DNA of 64,000 nucleotides from a bacterium (GTDB lineage Bacteria; UBA8248): NCBI GenBank assembly GCA_965199855.1, contig OZ241326.1, positions 2,528,001 to 2,592,000 of the forward strand, read 5' to 3'. Shown piece by piece: positions 61,032 to 64,000 of this stretch (position 1 is its first letter; each line of letters starts with the position of its first letter). The notes under the pieces were generated by a model. It saw only the letters and a program-made list of their open reading frames with translations, ran no database searches and was not told where the DNA came from. The position numbers and the translations under genes were made by a program.

Positions 61032-62855
61032 ATGACGGAGGGCATTCAGAAAACAATAGGCTTGAATCTCGAAAACATCCTGAAAGCACTCAAGGAGGCC
61101 GAAGAAGCTACCACGAAACAGCGCGAAGCGATTCAAAAGCTGAGCAAGAGCTATACCGCTTTGGTCAAACCAACGAAGCAGGTCGGCGCCGTTCTGAAGA
61201 AAATAGGAGCTGACGGCGCGAAAACAGCACCAAAACTAGACGCGGTTGCCGCTTCATGCAAAAACCTGTCCTCCGGCATGAAACAAGTGAGCGAGACCGC
61301 AAAGAATACAAATACTGATCACTTCACCGAAGCCCTTGATAAAATCAAACAGACCATCACGAATTTTTCCCCTTCTTTTAAGATCGTCAAAAAAGCAATA
61401 GATGACATCGCCAAAGCGAGCGAGGAATCGTTCGATCGGCTCTTCGACGACGTATTCAAAGGGAAAATCAACAGCGCCAGGGATCTGCTGCGCGGGCTCA
61501 AGGGCGCGTTCACCGAGATCAAGACCCACGCCGTCAAGTCGATGAAGGAGGCCGCCTCCGAGATAGCGAACAAGCAGCTATTCGAGCCGGCGAAGAACGC
61601 GCTCAAGGAGCTGATGAAAAAGCAGTTCCTCGATCCGATGCGCGACGAGCTCAAAAAAATGGGCGAGAGCCTGCTGAACACGCTCAAGGATATGGTCAAG
61701 AACCTGTTAGAGAGTCTGGGCAAGGGGCCGCTGGGCGGTCTGTTCGGCGGGCTGTTGGGCGCGGCGAAAAATCTGTTCGGCCTCTTCGGCCTCTCGAAAG
61801 GCGGCCTGGTGAAAAAGCCGACCCTGGCGCTCCTCGGCGAGGCGGGGCCCGAGCTCGTCCTGCCGCTGGCGAAGCTCGGAGGCGAGGCGGGACTCACGCG
61901 GCTCCTCAAGTCCGCCTCCGACATCAAGGCCGCGAACCAGCTGGGCGGCACGGCGATCTCCACCCGGGCCGGCGCCGAGGCGAGCGGCAAGCTGGCCGCG
62001 AAAATCGCCGCCTCGAAGGCGTCCTCCATCCTGCAAATCGCCGCCTCCGCGGCGCAGTTCCTGAGCGGCCCGAAAAACCTGAAGAGCGCGGCGAACCTGG
62101 GCGTCAACGTCGCGGGCGCCGTCCCCGGGCTGGCGGGCGCGGCGGGCCTCGCCGCCTTCGCGCCGATGGCGGGCGCCTTTCTGGCGACCGACGTCCTGTT
62201 CAACAAGGGAGGCGCCATCAAAAAGGGGCTTTCGCTCCTGGGCCTCAAGGGCTTTCGCAACAGGGCCACGCCCTTCACCAAGGGGCTGGCGAACCTCGCC
62301 CAGGCGGGCGGGCTCTATCTGGCGCTCGAGCGCTTCCGCGAGACCGGCAAGGCGATCGAGGCGGTGGACGTTCATTTCCCGAAAGAGGCCTACCGGGGCA
62401 ACATGGACGTGGACGCCATCCTGCTGAAGAAGGTCGGCGCGACGTTCCAGGCCGTTCAGCGCGCGGCGGCGGCCTCCGGCGTATCGCCCCAGGAGGGGGT
62501 GCGCCGCTATTTCGGCGAGGGTCTCTACAGTACCTACATGGGAGCGCTGCCCGTCGAAGTCGAGGGAGACGCGGCGGGCCGGTTCATCAGGCGCTCGGCC
62601 CTCAGGCTCGTGGGCGAGGCGGGGCCCGAGCACATCGTGAACGTGAACCACCCCCAGTCCATCGACTTCTTCCAGCGCGGGGTGCGTCCCATCATCCGCG
62701 ACGCGATGCGCGAGGAGGCGGGCGGACGCGGTGGGGAGTCGCATACCTACCACATCCACATCGAGGGAAACCTGAGCGACGACCGCACGCTCGAGAAGCT
62801 CTCGCGCAAGCTGGAGGAGATCAGCAGGCGGCGGCGCCGCTACGGGAGCGTCTGA
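61032..62855 (+). CDS. Phage tail tape-measure-like protein
   Basis: Ala/Lys/Gly-rich helical body, GGLFGG segment, and the GGLVKKPTLALLGEAGPELVLPL motif (second copy LVGEAGPEHIV) typical of tape-measure C-terminal regions. Confidence 0.75.
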   Translation: MTEGIQKTIGLNLENILKALKEAEEATTKQREAIQKLSKSYTALVKPTKQVGAVLKKIGADGAKTAPKLDAVAASCKNLSSGMKQVSETAKNTNTDHFTEALDKIKQTITNFSPSFKIVKKAIDDIAKASEESFDRLFDDVFKGKINSARDLLRGLKGAFTEIKTHAVKSMKEAASEIANKQLFEPAKNALKELMKKQFLDPMRDELKKMGESLLNTLKDMVKNLLESLGKGPLGGLFGGLLGAAKNLFGLFGLSKGGLVKKPTLALLGEAGPELVLPLAKLGGEAGLTRLLKSASDIKAANQLGGTAISTRAGAEASGKLAAKIAASKASSILQIAASAAQFLSGPKNLKSAANLGVNVAGAVPGLAGAAGLAAFAPMAGAFLATDVLFNKGGAIKKGLSLLGLKGFRNRATPFTKGLANLAQAGGLYLALERFRETGKAIEAVDVHFPKEAYRGNMDVDAILLKKVGATFQAVQRAAAASGVSPQEGVRRYFGEGLYSTYMGALPVEVEGDAAGRFIRRSALRLVGEAGPEHIVNVNHPQSIDFFQRGVRPIIRDAMREEAGGRGGESHTYHIHIEGNLSDDRTLEKLSRKLEEISRRRRRYGSV

Positions 62856-62943
62856 GCGGGAGTTTCCGGGGGGTCTCGCGAAAAGCCAAGATATCTTCAC
62901 ACGCGCCTGAACGGGAGAGGCGTCCGCGGGGCTTCGCGCCTCG

Positions 62944-64000
62944 TCAGACCATCGGGTCGAGGCCCAGCACGGCGCGGCGCACGAGCTCCATCGCATAGAC
63001 GGGCGCGCGCGACTGCACGAACTGTTCGTTGCCCCCGAAGCTCGACGAGAAGGCGAACGTCTCCGCGCCCGCGTCCAGCGCCATGTGGGTAGGGCCAAGC
63101 GCCGGCGCGCGGCGGGAGTTCTCCGGCTCGATGTTCTCGGGGGGATTGGGGCCGAAGACGGCGAGTCCCATGTCCGCGCCCGATTCCTCCCGAACCCTTC
63201 GGGCGAGCGCGCGGGCGAACCGCCCGGCGTCTTCGCTCTCCTCCACTCCGAACATGGCCGCCAGCTCCTCCGCGCGCAGGCCGACGACGCCGCGCTTCAA
63301 AAACTTCACGCGCTCGGGCCAGGCGCTCAGGCTCTGGAGGACGGCCCCGCCGGTGTTCGACTCGACGATCGCCAGACTCCTGCCGCTCCGGGCGAGGACG
63401 CGCGCCAGCGTCTCCGCGAGCGTCGCCTCGCCCGCGGCGTAGATGGCCGAACCCAGGATTTCGCGCACCTTGACCTCCAGCCCGTCGATCATCGTCTCCG
63501 CCTCCTCGACGCTCGCCGCCCGCGCGGTGATGCGCACGTCCACCTGGCCGGGATGGGCGAGGACGCCGATGCTGGGGTTGACTGATTCGCGGAAGAGGTC
63601 GGAAATCATCTCATCGACGCGCGATTCGCCCAGGCCGCAGGTCTTCAGCACGCGCGTCCTGATGACCTCGCCCAGGTCGAATTTCTCCCGCAGGATGGGC
63701 ACCGCGCGCTCGGCGATGATGTAGCGCATCTCGTGCGGAACGCCCGGACTCACGATGATGACCCCCTTCTCGTCCTCGCACAGGAAGCAGGGCGCGGTTC
63801 CGCGCGGATTCTCGATGGGGGCCGCGCCGGCGGGAACGTAGGCCTGCTTCCGGTTGTTCTCGCTCATCCGGAAGCCGCGGCGCTGAAAATAGGCGCTGAT
63901 GTAGTCATACAGATCCTGGCGGAACTCGAGCTCCACGCCCATCACCTTCGCGCAGGCTTCCCGCGTGAGGTCGTCGACCGTGGGGCCGAGTCCCCCCGTG
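62944..64000 (-). CDS. cinA: CinA-family protein (MoCF/ADPRP + PncC domains), 5' end outside the window
   Basis: GGLGPTVDDLT at the window edge, NNRKQA, NPRGTAP, PGVPHEM, GLGES and VESNTGG. Confidence 0.9.
   Translation of the reverse strand, partial: TGGLGPTVDDLTREACAKVMGVELEFRQDLYDYISAYFQRRGFRMSENNRKQAYVPAGAAPIENPRGTAPCFLCEDEKGVIIVSPGVPHEMRYIIAERAVPILREKFDLGEVIRTRVLKTCGLGESRVDEMISDLFRESVNPSIGVLAHPGQVDVRITARAASVEEAETMIDGLEVKVREILGSAIYAAGEATLAETLARVLARSGRSLAIVESNTGGAVLQSLSAWPERVKFLKRGVVGLRAEELAAMFGVEESEDAGRFARALARRVREESGADMGLAVFGPNPPENIEPENSRRAPALGPTHMALDAGAETFAFSSSFGGNEQFVQSRAPVYAMELVRRAVLGLDPMV

Noticed and set aside
53916-62855. Complete prophage, or contractile system (T6SS, eCIS, R-pyocin)
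   Set aside because: No integrase, terminase, portal, capsid, sheath, tube, baseplate-J, VgrG or PAAR gene is recognisable.

Overview
High-GC, Gram-negative bacterial chromosome. Gene order (lnt-prfB-lysS-lolC/E-lolD-clpC-bamA, lpxI, DUF374) suggests a Nitrospinota/Nitrospirota/deltaproteobacteria-like lineage; this is inference only. Bases 1-53028 are core housekeeping, mostly on the minus strand: LPS core glycosyltransferases, msbA, ADP-heptose genes, lptFG, a lipid A/Bam/Lol superoperon, lysS, frameshifted prfB, lnt, uvrBC, PBP1A, ftsY, smc, rnc, a fab/plsX/rpmF cluster lacking fabG, a Ppx/GppA gene and a gamma-carbonic anhydrase. Bases 53029-62855 are an accessory island, followed by a partial cinA. 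The island holds an ~890-bp non-coding region with helically phased CATTTG repeats, a phage tail-tip-like operon, two small membrane ORFs, three tandem lipoprotein genes with constant ends and a variable core, and a tape-measure-like gene. No capsid, terminase, portal, integrase or major tail gene is recognisable. An exact 21-bp motif lies 25 bp upstream of a -10-like hexamer in front of both the tail operon and the tape-measure gene, and a third inverted copy has near-identical geometry. This island is the best candidate for an undescribed system: a co-regulated, domesticated tail module (GTA- or tailocin-like), or a decayed prophage. All calls come from reading the sequence; no searches were run.
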